Shown here in pieces: positions 9,038 to 19,021 of a stretch of DNA of 64,000 nt. Below the pieces are notes generated by a model, which worked only from the letters and a program-made list of their open reading frames with translations, did not search any database and was not told where the DNA came from. The number at the start of each line of letters is the position of its first letter. Within the stretch, counting starts at the first letter, position 1. The position numbers and the translations under genes are program-made. The DNA is from an uncultured Haloferula sp. (GTDB lineage: Bacteria; Verrucomicrobiota; Verrucomicrobiia; Verrucomicrobiales; Akkermansiaceae), in NCBI GenBank assembly GCA_965652295.1, contig CBFGTS010000003.1, forward strand, positions 1 to 64,000, in the 5' to 3' direction.

Positions 9038-9790
9038 ATGAAATCAAACCCTTCTATTGAAATAGCGTCCGCCTTTTTCATGGCTTTAACGGCGCAGACC
9101 CAGGCAGCCGTTTCACTAGGGACCGCCGAGGATTTCGGGATTCTTGCCGGAAGCACGATCACCAATACCGGGTCCACCCAGGTGACCGGCAACATCGGCG
9201 TCTATCCGGGAACAGCCATCACGGGCTTCGTCGGTACGAACGAAAACGACGGGCCGGGAACTTTCAGCGGAACGTCGTACCAGGGAGGCTCGATCGCGCA
9301 GCAGGCTCAGGCCGATGCTCTCACGGCTTACAACGCACTCGCAGGTATGGCGTTCACTCAGGACCTGACGGGCCAAGATCTCGGCGGGCGCACGCTGAGT
9401 CCGGGCGTTTACAACTTCGACTCATCGGCCCAATTGACAGGGGCGCTCATCCTCGATGGTGCAGGGGACTATGTTTTTCAAATCGGAAGCACGCTGACCA
9501 CCGCCTCCAGCTCCTCACTCAGTTTCATCAATGGTGCCGATCCGTTCAGCAACGTCTTCTGGCAGATCGGAAGCTCGGCCACGCTCGGAACCGGCACGAC
9601 GTTCGGCGGGACCATCATCGCCGACCAAAACAATACCCTCACGACCGGCGCCAGTGTGGACGGCCGGGTCATTTCCCTCAACGGTTTCGTGACCCTCGAC
9701 AACAACAACATCGCCGTGCCTGAACCCGCCACGCTTTCACTGCTCGCCCTCGGTGGGCTTGCGCTGACCCGCCGCCGTCGCACGGCCTGA
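9038..9790 (+). CDS. Ice-binding-like (DUF3494) protein with PEP-CTERM sorting signal
   Basis: LGTAEDFGILAGSTITNTG, GQDLGGRTLSPGVY, FQIGSTLTTAS, NVFWQIGSSATLGT; C-terminus VPEPATLSLLALGGLALTRRRR. Confidence 0.9.
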   Translation: MKSNPSIEIASAFFMALTAQTQAAVSLGTAEDFGILAGSTITNTGSTQVTGNIGVYPGTAITGFVGTNENDGPGTFSGTSYQGGSIAQQAQADALTAYNALAGMAFTQDLTGQDLGGRTLSPGVYNFDSSAQLTGALILDGAGDYVFQIGSTLTTASSSSLSFINGADPFSNVFWQIGSSATLGTGTTFGGTIIADQNNTLTTGASVDGRVISLNGFVTLDNNNIAVPEPATLSLLALGGLALTRRRRTA

Positions 9791-9828
9791 CATTCCGCAC
9801 CCCGCCCACGCCTGGGCTATCGCGACCT

Positions 9829-10704
9829 TCAATCCTTCGTCCGCCGCGCCGAGATCAGCGTGTTTTTCATCAGCATCGCGATGGTCATCGGACCGACACC
9901 GCCGGGAACGGGGGTGATGGCGGCGCACTTCGGGGCGACTTCCTCGTAGGCAACGTCACCGGTCAGGCGGTAGCCGCTCTTGCGGCTGGCGTCCTCGACG
10001 CGGTTGATACCGACATCGATCACCACCGCGCCCTCGCGCACCCAGTCGGCCTTGATCATTTCCGGTCGTCCGACCGCGGCGATCACGATGTCCGCCTGGC
10101 GGCAAATGCCGGGTAGATCCTTGCTGCGCGAATGCGCCACGGTCACGGTCGCATCGGAACCCTTCGCCATCAGCAGCAGCGCCATCGGCTTGCCGACGAT
10201 CATGCTGCGGCCGATCACCACCGCGTTCGCACCCTTGGTTTCCACGCCGGCCTCCTTCAGCAGGCGCATGCAGCCGGCCGGGGTGCAGGGCACAAAGCCG
10301 CTGGCATCTTCGAGCACCAGTTTGGCGACGTTTTGCGGGTGGAAACCATCGACATCCTTCGCCGGATCGATCGCGCGGACGATCTCCTCTTCGTTGATGT
10401 GCGGAGGCGGCGGGCTCTGGACGAGGATGCCGTGGATCGCGGGGTCGGCATTGAGCCGCTCCACGACCGCCATCAGCTCTTTCTGCGTGGTTTCCGCGGG
10501 CAGCACGATTTTCTCCGAGTGAATCCCGAGCTCGCCGCAGGTGCGGGCTTTTGACCCGACGTACACCTGAGACGCCGGGTCCTCTCCCACCAGGACGACC
10601 GCCAACCCGGGCGTCACGCCGCGGGCCTTGAGTTCCTCCACTTCCTGACGGCACTCCTCGAGCACCGCCGCTGCCACTGCCTTTCCATCGATGATTTTGC
10701 TCAT
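9829..10704 (-). CDS. folD: Bifunctional methylenetetrahydrofolate dehydrogenase/cyclohydrolase
   Basis: [40 protein letters not shown]. Confidence 0.97.
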   Translation of the reverse strand: MSKIIDGKAVAAAVLEECRQEVEELKARGVTPGLAVVLVGEDPASQVYVGSKARTCGELGIHSEKIVLPAETTQKELMAVVERLNADPAIHGILVQSPPPPHINEEEIVRAIDPAKDVDGFHPQNVAKLVLEDASGFVPCTPAGCMRLLKEAGVETKGANAVVIGRSMIVGKPMALLLMAKGSDATVTVAHSRSKDLPGICRQADIVIAAVGRPEMIKADWVREGAVVIDVGINRVEDASRKSGYRLTGDVAYEEVAPKCAAITPVPGGVGPMTIAMLMKNTLISARRTKD

Positions 10705-11372
10705 GTATCCTGCGGGGAAAAATCGTCCGTTCCGGCGCGGAGCACCGCTTCAAGGTGCGCCCGACGCTCTTCGAAAGCATCATCGGCAAGCCCCCGCGGC
10801 ACGGCAAGCGTGGCATCGAAAACCACCCGTACCCGGCTGAACGGCTTGGGCACCACAAAACGGTCCCATGATTTCAAACGCCATGCCGAGGCGAAGGTGA
10901 CGTGGATCGGAACGATCGGTGCGCCTGAGGTTTCGGCCACTTTGATCACGCCAGGCTGCACGACGTAGCGCGGGCCGCGCGGGCCATCGGGCGTCACGCA
11001 GGCGGAAACACCCTGTCGCAGGGCCTTGCGCAGCGCGACCAGCGCCGCCACGCCACGCCGGGAACTCGACCCACGCACCGCCTCGAAACCGAACACGCCC
11101 ATCGCTCGTGCGAGCATGGCTCCATCGTGGCTGGCACTCGTGAGGATGATCGTGCGACGCCGCCCGCGGTTCAGCCGGTCCCACACCTCCGGCACGCTGA
11201 AGATGCGGTTGTGCCACAAGGCGAGGACAACCGGTCCCTCGATCCGGTCGACGCCGACGCGGTCCTCGATTTCATACCGCAGCGTGGTGCACCAGACGCG
11301 CATCAACCATCCGGCTGCGCTGCCGATCACCCTCGTCTTGAGGCTTTCGCGGATTTCCAACCGGTCCTCCAT
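10701..11372 (-). CDS. DUF374 / lysophospholipid acyltransferase family protein
   Basis: [40 protein letters not shown]. Confidence 0.88.
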   Translation of the reverse strand: MEDRLEIRESLKTRVIGSAAGWLMRVWCTTLRYEIEDRVGVDRIEGPVVLALWHNRIFSVPEVWDRLNRGRRRTIILTSASHDGAMLARAMGVFGFEAVRGSSSRRGVAALVALRKALRQGVSACVTPDGPRGPRYVVQPGVIKVAETSGAPIVPIHVTFASAWRLKSWDRFVVPKPFSRVRVVFDATLAVPRGLADDAFEERRAHLEAVLRAGTDDFSPQDT

Positions 11373-12865
11373 CACAGAAATCCGCCGGCATGCAGGGTTT
11401 CGACCAGGTACTGCTGGCGGGCGAGCAGATCGGCGTAGAATTCCTGCCGCCCGGGGTCCGGCTGGCGGCGCGAGTCTTCGTTCGGAATCACCACGTAGCC
11501 CGCGATTTCATCGAATCCCAGCTCCTCGCCCTGGTCGTGGAAATACACCGCCGCGGCCTGCATGGCGGCTCCCAGCAAGGCACCTCCACCGCCTTTGACG
11601 GTTACCACCGGCAACCCGCAGACGTCCGCCAGCAGCGCTCCTCCCGTGGGCCCCGGCTCATGGACAAGACGCAGTTCCAGCGGCTCCAGCCCGATTTCAC
11701 GCAAACGGCTCACCGCGTAGCCAAAACACAAGGCCACGCCCTCGGCTGCGGCGCGCGCCAGGTTTCCGGGGGTGAAGTTGTTCAGCGTGATGCCCTGGAT
11801 CGCTGCTTGGGCATCGGGCAGCCGCGGCACCTCCTCACCACGTAGATAGGGCAGGAAAAGCAGCCCATCAGCCCCCGCGGGAGCGCCGGCGATCGCTCTC
11901 TCGAACTCCGACTTCGTCCAGCCGTAGTGCCGCCGCACCAGCTCCGGTGCGGCGACGATGTTGCGCAGAGGCATGCGGGTGAAACCGTTGCCGGAAACGT
12001 CGCAGCCGACCGTTCCCTCGCCAAGAAAGTCGACCAACGGTTCCTCGCTCACCGCCGAGACCGCGCCGTCGGCGGAAAGGTCCGCGACGACTTCGCCGGG
12101 ACGCGCCGTGCCGCTTGCGAAAAGCGAGGCCGCACGCGCTCCGAGTCCGGGCGCGACGAGCACCCTTCCATCGAGACCCCATGCCTTGGCCAGTGCCGGG
12201 CGCAACACGCCGCGGGGTGCCGTGGCAGCGAGGCCTTTCGGCAGCATCGCACCGACGGCCGGATCGATCCACTCCGCCATCTCCCGGCACCACGCACGGC
12301 CCGGGACCGAAAACAAACCGGTCGTCGCGGCCGAAGAGGCCGAGCTGCCGTCCTCGCCCGTGAGCCAGTAGCCGATGAAATCCTGCGGCGTCAGCACCCG
12401 GGCGGTCTGCTGGAAGTGCCGCGGCTCGTGATCGCGCAGCCACAACAACTGCGCCGCCATGGTGCCGGCGTCCGGCGCGTTGCCGATGAGTTCGATCAGC
12501 CCCGGTGTGCCGCCGAACTCGCGGCCGAGCATGTCCGCCTGCCGCTGGGCCGATCGGTCGCCCCCGAGTTTCGCCGGGCGGATCACGCCATCGTCCGCAT
12601 CCAGCACCACCATCCCGCCATCGGTCGCCGTGACGCCGATGGCCGCGACCGATCCACGGGCCTCGCCCAGCTTGTCGAGCACCTCGCGCACCGCCTGGTC
12701 CACCGATGCCAGCCACACCGCCGGGTCCTGCTCCGCAAAGCCCTCCGGCAAGCCGTCCATGTCAGGATGGCTCACCGACGAAAGCGCGGACGTATCCGCG
12801 CTTTCCAGCTCCAGTGCCATCACCCGCGTGACCGCATGACCGATCTCGATTCCGAGAAAATGCAT
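11372..12865 (-). CDS. FGGY (xylulokinase-like) family protein with degenerate catalytic motifs
   Basis: AEQDP..W, LLWLRDHEP, FLPYLRGE..P, ARAAAEGV; phosphate-1 and catalytic Asp positions substituted. Confidence 0.8.
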   Translation of the reverse strand: MHFLGIEIGHAVTRVMALELESADTSALSSVSHPDMDGLPEGFAEQDPAVWLASVDQAVREVLDKLGEARGSVAAIGVTATDGGMVVLDADDGVIRPAKLGGDRSAQRQADMLGREFGGTPGLIELIGNAPDAGTMAAQLLWLRDHEPRHFQQTARVLTPQDFIGYWLTGEDGSSASSAATTGLFSVPGRAWCREMAEWIDPAVGAMLPKGLAATAPRGVLRPALAKAWGLDGRVLVAPGLGARAASLFASGTARPGEVVADLSADGAVSAVSEEPLVDFLGEGTVGCDVSGNGFTRMPLRNIVAAPELVRRHYGWTKSEFERAIAGAPAGADGLLFLPYLRGEEVPRLPDAQAAIQGITLNNFTPGNLARAAAEGVALCFGYAVSRLREIGLEPLELRLVHEPGPTGGALLADVCGLPVVTVKGGGGALLGAAMQAAAVYFHDQGEELGFDEIAGYVVIPNEDSRRQPDPGRQEFYADLLARQQYLVETLHAGGFL

Positions 12866-12954
12866 CGTCTCCGTGGCTCGCAGCCTCCCTTCCGGCTCCA
12901 GCCTTGGCAAGCTCCGGCTTGCTTCGGGGGCGGGTCGCGATGAACTTCCCGCCG

Positions 12955-13416
12955 ATGAGTGATTTCGAAGAAAAGGTGCGCGAGGCCCTGAGTCATCCGC
13001 AGAACCAGGGCGAGATGGCCGATGCGGACTCGATCGGCACCGTCGGTTCGCCGGATTGCGGCGATATGTTGCGGATGTGGTTGAAGTTCACCGAAAAGGA
13101 CGGGCAACGCGTGATCGACCGGGCTTCGTTCCAGTCCTTCGGCTGTCAGACTGCCGTTGCGGTCGCCTCGATGGCCACCGAGCTGCTGAAGGGGAAGACC
13201 CTTGAGGAAGCCGCCAGGCTTTCCGCCGACGAACTCACCGGTGACCTCGGGCCGTTGCCGCCCATGAAGATCCACTGCGGACAGCTCGTCGAGGGCGCCC
13301 TGCGGGACGCGCTCGGTCAGGGTTCTGGCACCCCTGCCCCATCGGCCGCCCCCACCTTGTCCTCCCAGCTTCAGGCTCCGCAGGGAAAGGTTCGGATCGT
13401 TCCGCTGGAGGAGTAG
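12955..13416 (+). CDS. IscU/NifU N-terminal Fe-S cluster scaffold protein
   Basis: GSPDCGD, FQSFGC, LPPMKIHC (three conserved Cys). Confidence 0.9.
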   Translation: MSDFEEKVREALSHPQNQGEMADADSIGTVGSPDCGDMLRMWLKFTEKDGQRVIDRASFQSFGCQTAVAVASMATELLKGKTLEEAARLSADELTGDLGPLPPMKIHCGQLVEGALRDALGQGSGTPAPSAAPTLSSQLQAPQGKVRIVPLEE

Positions 13417-13591
13417 GGACCGGCGACCCGTGATCCCGCAGCCGCGGGATTCAGGGTCATGAAAGGACGAGCTGATCCTTATCCGAATCGTCTTGCCCAG
13501 GCTGAGCGTGCTCTTGCGTTCATGATCGGGACCGCCGACAAGTCGGGGCACGCGGTCATGCCACTGATAGGAAGTTCGACCTACGACGAAC

Positions 13592-14194
13592 TCAGTACTT
13601 TACTCCGCAGCCATATGGTGCGGCCTTCTTCGTCTCAACCTCTTTCCCGGCCAACAGCGCGTCGAGCGCGGCGGAAACGTAGTTGGTCGCACTCTCGATG
13701 CTTTCCTTCTTGGTATCCGGTTTGTCGTCGATGCCGCCAGCGTAGGCGATTTCGCCGTCCTTGGTGATCACATACATGTGCGGCGTCGTCTTCGCGCCAT
13801 AGCTCTTGCCGACCTCACCGCCGGGATCGCGCAGGATCGCCGTGGCGTCGGCGTCCATCTTGTCCGCGGTTTTCGCGAGCGTCGCCGCGTCCGGAAAATT
13901 ATCCGCGCCCTCCTGTCCGGATTGGATCATCAGCCAGACGACGTCCTTGTCGGTGTATTTCTCCTGAAGCCCCGGGATGTTTCCGCTCTCGTAGTGCTTC
14001 TTCACGAACGGGCAGTCGAAATTGACCCATTCGAGCACAACCAGCTTTCCGGCGTAGTCGCTCAAGGAGACCTTTTCGCCCTCGACGCTGGAGAGCGAGA
14101 AGCCGGGGGCCTCGTCGCCCGGTTCGACGGCAAAGACGGACGAGACCGACACCGCGGCGGCGGTAAGGATGGCGAAGGATGATTTCAAGTTCAT
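13592..14194 (-). CDS. Exported redoxin (AhpC/TSA-like thioredoxin family)
   Basis: Signal peptide, LEWVNFDCPFV, AKTTPHMYV, YAGGIDD, C-terminal PYGCGVKY. Confidence 0.88.
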   Translation of the reverse strand: MNLKSSFAILTAAAVSVSSVFAVEPGDEAPGFSLSSVEGEKVSLSDYAGKLVVLEWVNFDCPFVKKHYESGNIPGLQEKYTDKDVVWLMIQSGQEGADNFPDAATLAKTADKMDADATAILRDPGGEVGKSYGAKTTPHMYVITKDGEIAYAGGIDDKPDTKKESIESATNYVSAALDALLAGKEVETKKAAPYGCGVKY

Positions 14195-14259
14195 GGTCGG
14201 AAGAAATTCAGATTCAGCCTAGACCCTGCCGAGAACCCCGCCTCTGTCCACGGGTTTCG

Positions 14260-15057
14260 TCATTTTTCCGCCGTCCAGGAAAGCAGCAGCGGTACCTGCG
14301 ATCCGCCGCCGGTCAGAATCACTTCCAGTTCCTTGATCTCGTCCGGGGCATATTCATTTCTCGGCACCACGACCTTCCAGCCGTCCTCGGAAGGCCCGAG
14401 CACCACCCGCTCCGCGGTTGATAGCACATTCGGTGTGGCCGCGATCAGCTCGGCACCTTCGCCGTCGGTCCCGGCAGGAAGAGTGACCAGGAGAGTCACC
14501 TGTTTTTCCCCCGCCTCAACCTGCAATGCCGCGCCGGAAACCGGCTGCGGGACCTGACGATAGGCGGCTTCGATGTCGTCCGCCGCCGCAGTGGCATCTC
14601 CGGGTCCCTCGGACAACTTCAACTCCAGCTTCGCGCCGCCAGGCACGCAGGAGGAGGCATCGCAGGTCAACCAGTCGACTTGGGCGGCGATCACCACCTC
14701 GCCTGCCGCGTCTTCGGCTGGTGTCAGGAAAACCGGCATCACCACTTCATCCTCGTAACCGTAGCCGACCACGCCGGCCGTGATGAACCGCTTCGGCACT
14801 GGATAAAGCAACGGCCCCGCGACCCAGCCCTCGGGCAGCGTCCATTCGATCGAAACCGGCATGCCTGAATCGCCCGGATTCATCCAATAGCTGTGCCAAC
14901 CGTCGTCCAGCTCGAAGCGCAACGCCAACTGCACCGGTTGGCCGGGGCTGTAGCCCTCCGAGGCGGAAACCAGCGCGGCTTTGGCGTGACCGGATTTCGC
15001 ATCCGCCAGTGCCAGTCCGCTCAGGGCGGCGATTACGGGAAGCAGGATCTTCGTCAT
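14260..15057 (-). CDS. DsbD N-terminal-like (protein-disulfide reductase) domain protein
   Basis: Signal peptide, GWHSYWMNPGDSG, WLTCDASSCVPG. Confidence 0.85.
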   Translation of the reverse strand: MTKILLPVIAALSGLALADAKSGHAKAALVSASEGYSPGQPVQLALRFELDDGWHSYWMNPGDSGMPVSIEWTLPEGWVAGPLLYPVPKRFITAGVVGYGYEDEVVMPVFLTPAEDAAGEVVIAAQVDWLTCDASSCVPGGAKLELKLSEGPGDATAAADDIEAAYRQVPQPVSGAALQVEAGEKQVTLLVTLPAGTDGEGAELIAATPNVLSTAERVVLGPSEDGWKVVVPRNEYAPDEIKELEVILTGGGSQVPLLLSWTAEK

Positions 15058-15072
15058 CCGCGCACCCTAACA

Positions 15073-15888
15073 TCATTCCGCCGCGCCGCCAGCGGGAGGA
15101 AAGAAATGCTCCAGCGCCTCCACGCACGCCTGGGAGTGGGCCGAGGTGCAGAGGTAGCCGCCTACGGCGGAAACGTGAGCGCGAACTTCGGCCACGGAGT
15201 TTCCCGGACAGGCGATGAACCCGGCGGAGTCCGGTGAGAGCATCTCGAAATCATTGTGGCTGTCACCGATCGCAAAGCACTGCTCCGGCCCGAGCCCGAG
15301 CGACTCCGCCACCCTGCGCAGGCTTGAGCCTTTCTGATAGTGACGGTGCCCGAAGCGCAGATAGATCGAGTTCCGCTGCCAGCCGAGCAGGGGCTCGTCG
15401 CTGGCCAGATCCACCACCCGCCGCACGATCCACTCCATTTCCTCCTCGGTGCGGGAAATCAGCCCGGCGGGATCGCCGCCGTGCTCGACCCAGGTCGCGC
15501 CGGTATGCTCCTCGACCTCGGCACGAATTCGCTTGAGGGTCTTACCCACCTTCTTGAAGAATTTCCGGTGATCCTTCTCGCAGCGGCGGTTCCATTTCTC
15601 ATCGCCGATCCATCGGCCGAGCGGATTCGGGTACCAAACCTCGCGCTCGCGGGCGACGACCCAGTCGGGGCAGAAGGGAAAGCGCGATTCGATGAGCCCC
15701 TCGATGACGTGGTTCATCGAACGGCCGGTGTTGATGCCCCACACCGCGGCCTGTTCGTCACGCAGGCGTTCCAGAGTCTCGAAAAGCCCGGGAACAATCG
15801 GCGGCTTCGCGGCCGGGTCGTGCATGGTGCCATCGAAATCGAAGGACAACACCAGTCGCGGACTTTCAGGGCGATCGAGCGGTTTCAC
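15073..15888 (-). CDS. HAD-IIB family phosphatase
   Basis: FDFDGT, NTGRS, KGSSL, IGDSHNDFEM. Confidence 0.85.
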   Translation of the reverse strand: MKPLDRPESPRLVLSFDFDGTMHDPAAKPPIVPGLFETLERLRDEQAAVWGINTGRSMNHVIEGLIESRFPFCPDWVVAREREVWYPNPLGRWIGDEKWNRRCEKDHRKFFKKVGKTLKRIRAEVEEHTGATWVEHGGDPAGLISRTEEEMEWIVRRVVDLASDEPLLGWQRNSIYLRFGHRHYQKGSSLRRVAESLGLGPEQCFAIGDSHNDFEMLSPDSAGFIACPGNSVAEVRAHVSAVGGYLCTSAHSQACVEALEHFFPPAGGAAE

Positions 15889-15932
15889 GGCCTTTCGTTA
15901 CCACGCTGACGCTCCTCGGCGAGACCCGAACG

Positions 15933-17204
15933 CTATTCTTCCACCGGCACCGCCCGCGGCGGATCTTCCTCGACGACTTGTGCCCGCGGCGGTTCCTCCT
16001 CCACCACCCGGGCGCGGGGGATCACCATGTCCTCGGTCTCCGGCTCGACGGGCAAGGTCCGGGCTGGCTTCACGAGAATCGCCTTCGGAGGCTCCGGTTC
16101 GGGCGCTTCCTCGGCCGGAACCGCTTTCGGCGGAGCCGGTTGGGGTGCGGGCTTCGGCGCTTCGATCTGGGCCGGAGGCAAGGTCCGGCGCATTTTGATT
16201 TCCACCCGCCGGTTCGGGGCCTGCTCGTCGATGTTCCCCCCGGCGATGATCGGCTGCGATTCGCCGAATCCACGCGTCGCGATCCGCTCGGGATCGATCC
16301 GGAGCGAGCCGGTCAGGTATTCCTTCACCGAGGCGGCGCGGCGGCGCGAGAGATCGAGGTTGTAGGCGTCCGTTCCGTAAAGATCCGTGTAGCCCTCGAT
16401 CCAGCAATAAAGGCCGGGGTTCCGCTCGACCAGCAGGGCCAGTTTCATCAGCCCCACACGCGCGCTTTCGCGGAGATTGGCGCTGTTGTATTCAAACAAC
16501 AAATCGCTCGGCAGCATGGTTTTCTTCCCGACCAGGACGTTCTCCGGCAGGCCGACCATATCGTCGAGCGTCACCACGCCATCGAGCGTTCCGTTCGCGA
16601 CGCCATCCTCGTTTCCGCGGCGCAGGATCTCCTCGGTGAAGGCATCCAACGCGGGGTCATCGATCTTCACCGCTCCGGGATCGACGACCACCTGCCCGTC
16701 CGCCGCAGGCGGCAAGGGGTCCTCCGTGCGCCCCATTTCAGGCAATTCGGACGCCAGATCAAAGTCCACCGATACATCCACATCCAGCGGCGCATCCGCC
16801 ACCCCCTCGGCCGCAGGCTGCGCCGGCTTGATTGCGAACTCGGGGTCGAGGGTCTCCGGCGAGATGTCCAGCTCGTGGTCCTCCGGCAGCTGGGTGAGGA
16901 TGTCGATCTCCTCCAACAGCGTCGTCGCGTTTTCAACCGGCTGGACGTCCGGCTCCGGTGGCAACTCGTCCATCGCAGGTGGCAGCGTCTCGACCCGGTC
17001 AAACTGGATCGGCTTCGTCCTCATTTCCTGCGCTTCCTGAAACGGCAGCAGGATCTTCACGTGGCCCAGTGCAAGAAACGCCACCCCGTGCAGGATGATT
17101 GCAATCAGCAACGAGACAAACATCCACCATCCCAGATGGTCCGGCCCCGGAAGCCGGGCGGGGCCTTGGTCCCGAAAGTCCTGCCATGAATAATCGTCGG
17201 CCAC
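15933..17204 (-). CDS. Membrane-anchored OmpA-C domain protein
   Basis: N-terminal TM helix, acidic linker, IEGYTD..GT..YN..LS.RRA..V, NRRVEI; Pro-rich tail. Confidence 0.85.
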   Translation of the reverse strand: MADDYSWQDFRDQGPARLPGPDHLGWWMFVSLLIAIILHGVAFLALGHVKILLPFQEAQEMRTKPIQFDRVETLPPAMDELPPEPDVQPVENATTLLEEIDILTQLPEDHELDISPETLDPEFAIKPAQPAAEGVADAPLDVDVSVDFDLASELPEMGRTEDPLPPAADGQVVVDPGAVKIDDPALDAFTEEILRRGNEDGVANGTLDGVVTLDDMVGLPENVLVGKKTMLPSDLLFEYNSANLRESARVGLMKLALLVERNPGLYCWIEGYTDLYGTDAYNLDLSRRRAASVKEYLTGSLRIDPERIATRGFGESQPIIAGGNIDEQAPNRRVEIKMRRTLPPAQIEAPKPAPQPAPPKAVPAEEAPEPEPPKAILVKPARTLPVEPETEDMVIPRARVVEEEPPRAQVVEEDPPRAVPVEE

Positions 17205-17298
17205 GCGCGAAACATACGCGGTCACGGATTTGAAACAATCACGACCTTCGATCCGTGCTTGGCCCTTGGCATTGGTGCTGCTCATCCTATACCCGAAC

Positions 17299-17598
17299 AT
17301 GCCTGCGAAAAAATCGACCAAGAAGACGGCCAAAAAGGTCGCCAAGAAGGCCCCCGCCAAGAAATCCGTGGCCAAGGCCGCGAAGAAAGCGGTCGCCAGG
17401 AAAGCGCCGGCGACCAGGACAGCTGTGAAAAAAACAGCGAACCCCGGGCCCGCTCCCGCCTCCCCGGCCGCAAACCCGCCGAGCCAACAGGACCTGGAGG
17501 TGGCCGCCTACTACAACTATCTCGAACGCTCACGCAACGGCTCGCCCGGCAGCACGTGGTCGGATTGGATCGAGGCGGTCGATCAACTTGGAGCCTGA
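17299..17598 (+). CDS. Histone H1-like Lys/Ala-rich protein with C-terminal DUF2934-like domain
   Basis: AKK/PAKK repeats followed by LEVAAYYNY..R...G......DW.EA..QL. Confidence 0.75.
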   Translation: MPAKKSTKKTAKKVAKKAPAKKSVAKAAKKAVARKAPATRTAVKKTANPGPAPASPAANPPSQQDLEVAAYYNYLERSRNGSPGSTWSDWIEAVDQLGA

Positions 17599-17645
17599 CC
17601 CGCTTTGCCCTTTTCCCCGGAGCGCGGCCGGGCACACTCCGCGCC

Positions 17646-18959
17646 ATGAACTGCGCCACATTGGGAATCGGCCTCGCCGGCGTCGGAACCGTCGGCTCGG
17701 GCGTGCTCCTCGCCCTGCGCCGCAATGGAGAACTGATCTCCGACCGCACCGGCGGCAGGGTGAAAATGGAAGTGACCAAGGCTCTCGTTCGCGACCTTTC
17801 GAAGCCACGCGCCGTGTCCCTGCCGGAAGGCGCCCTGACGACCGATTGGCGTGATCTCGTCGCCGATCCGGCGGTGGACATCGTCGTCGAACTGATCGGT
17901 GGCACCACCGACGCTTTCGAGATCGTCGCCGCTGCACTGAAAGCGGGAAAACCGGTGGTCACCGGCAACAAGGCGCTACTCGCCGAACGCGGCATCGAGC
18001 TTTTCGCACTCTCGAAGGCACACGACACGCCGATCCACTTCGAGGCGGCGGTCGCCGGCGGCATCCCGATCATCAAAACCGTCCAGGAGTCGTTCATCGG
18101 CAACCGGATCCACTCGATGAGCGGAATCATCAACGGCACCTCGAACTACATCCTCGAGCGCATGACCACGGCCGGGCTCGACTTCGAAACGGCCCTCGCC
18201 GAGGCCCAGCAGCTCGGTTACGCGGAGGCGGATCCGGCGCTCGACGTCAACGGCTGGGACGCCGCCCACAAGGCGATCCTGCTCGCCACCCTGGCCTATG
18301 GTTTTCCGATCGATCCCGAAAAAATCCATGTCGCCGGCATCGAGTGCGTGCGCCCCATCGACATCGATTTCGCCAAGCGGCTCGGCTACGTCGTCAAGCT
18401 GCTCGCCGTCGTCCGCGAGCATCCCTGCGGCTCGGTCGAGCTGCGCGTGCAGCCTTCGTTCATCGCGAAAAGCCACATCCTCGCCAGCGTCAACGGCGTC
18501 TTCAATGCGGTGGCCGTCCACGGCGACGCCGCGGGCGAATCGCTCTTCTACGGCCGCGGTGCCGGCCAGGATCCGACCGCGTCCTCGGTCGTCGCCGACC
18601 TCGTTGAGGCCGCCCGTTCCCTGAGCCAGGCCCATGGCCACCGCGGTTTCCTGCCCTACCGCGAGGCAGGCAGGTTGATGCCGATCGAGGAAACCGAGAC
18701 CGCCTATTACGTCCGCTTCGACGTCACCGACCGTCCCGGCGTGATCGCCGAAATCGCCACCGCTCTGGCGGATGCCGGCATCGGCATTTCGGGCACCCAC
18801 TCGCCGGTCAATCCCGAGACGCCCGACGCCGAATTCGTCGACATGGTCTTCCTGCTCCACACCTGCTCGTTCGGAAAACTGTGCAAGACACTCTCGGAAA
18901 TCGAATTACTCGACTGTGTGAACAACACGCCGGTGGTATTCCGGATTGAAAAGCTTTGA
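17646..18959 (+). CDS. hom: Homoserine dehydrogenase with ACT domain
   Basis: GVGTVG, VVTGNKA, FEAAVAGGIP, GYAEADP..DV.G.DAAHK, C-terminal DRPGVIA ACT domain. Confidence 0.96.
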   Translation: MNCATLGIGLAGVGTVGSGVLLALRRNGELISDRTGGRVKMEVTKALVRDLSKPRAVSLPEGALTTDWRDLVADPAVDIVVELIGGTTDAFEIVAAALKAGKPVVTGNKALLAERGIELFALSKAHDTPIHFEAAVAGGIPIIKTVQESFIGNRIHSMSGIINGTSNYILERMTTAGLDFETALAEAQQLGYAEADPALDVNGWDAAHKAILLATLAYGFPIDPEKIHVAGIECVRPIDIDFAKRLGYVVKLLAVVREHPCGSVELRVQPSFIAKSHILASVNGVFNAVAVHGDAAGESLFYGRGAGQDPTASSVVADLVEAARSLSQAHGHRGFLPYREAGRLMPIEETETAYYVRFDVTDRPGVIAEIATALADAGIGISGTHSPVNPETPDAEFVDMVFLLHTCSFGKLCKTLSEIELLDCVNNTPVVFRIEKL

Positions 18960-19021
18960 GCCCACGGCTGGAACAACAGCATTGACCGCAACCATGGCTT
19001 TCCCCTTGAATAGGGATTGCC

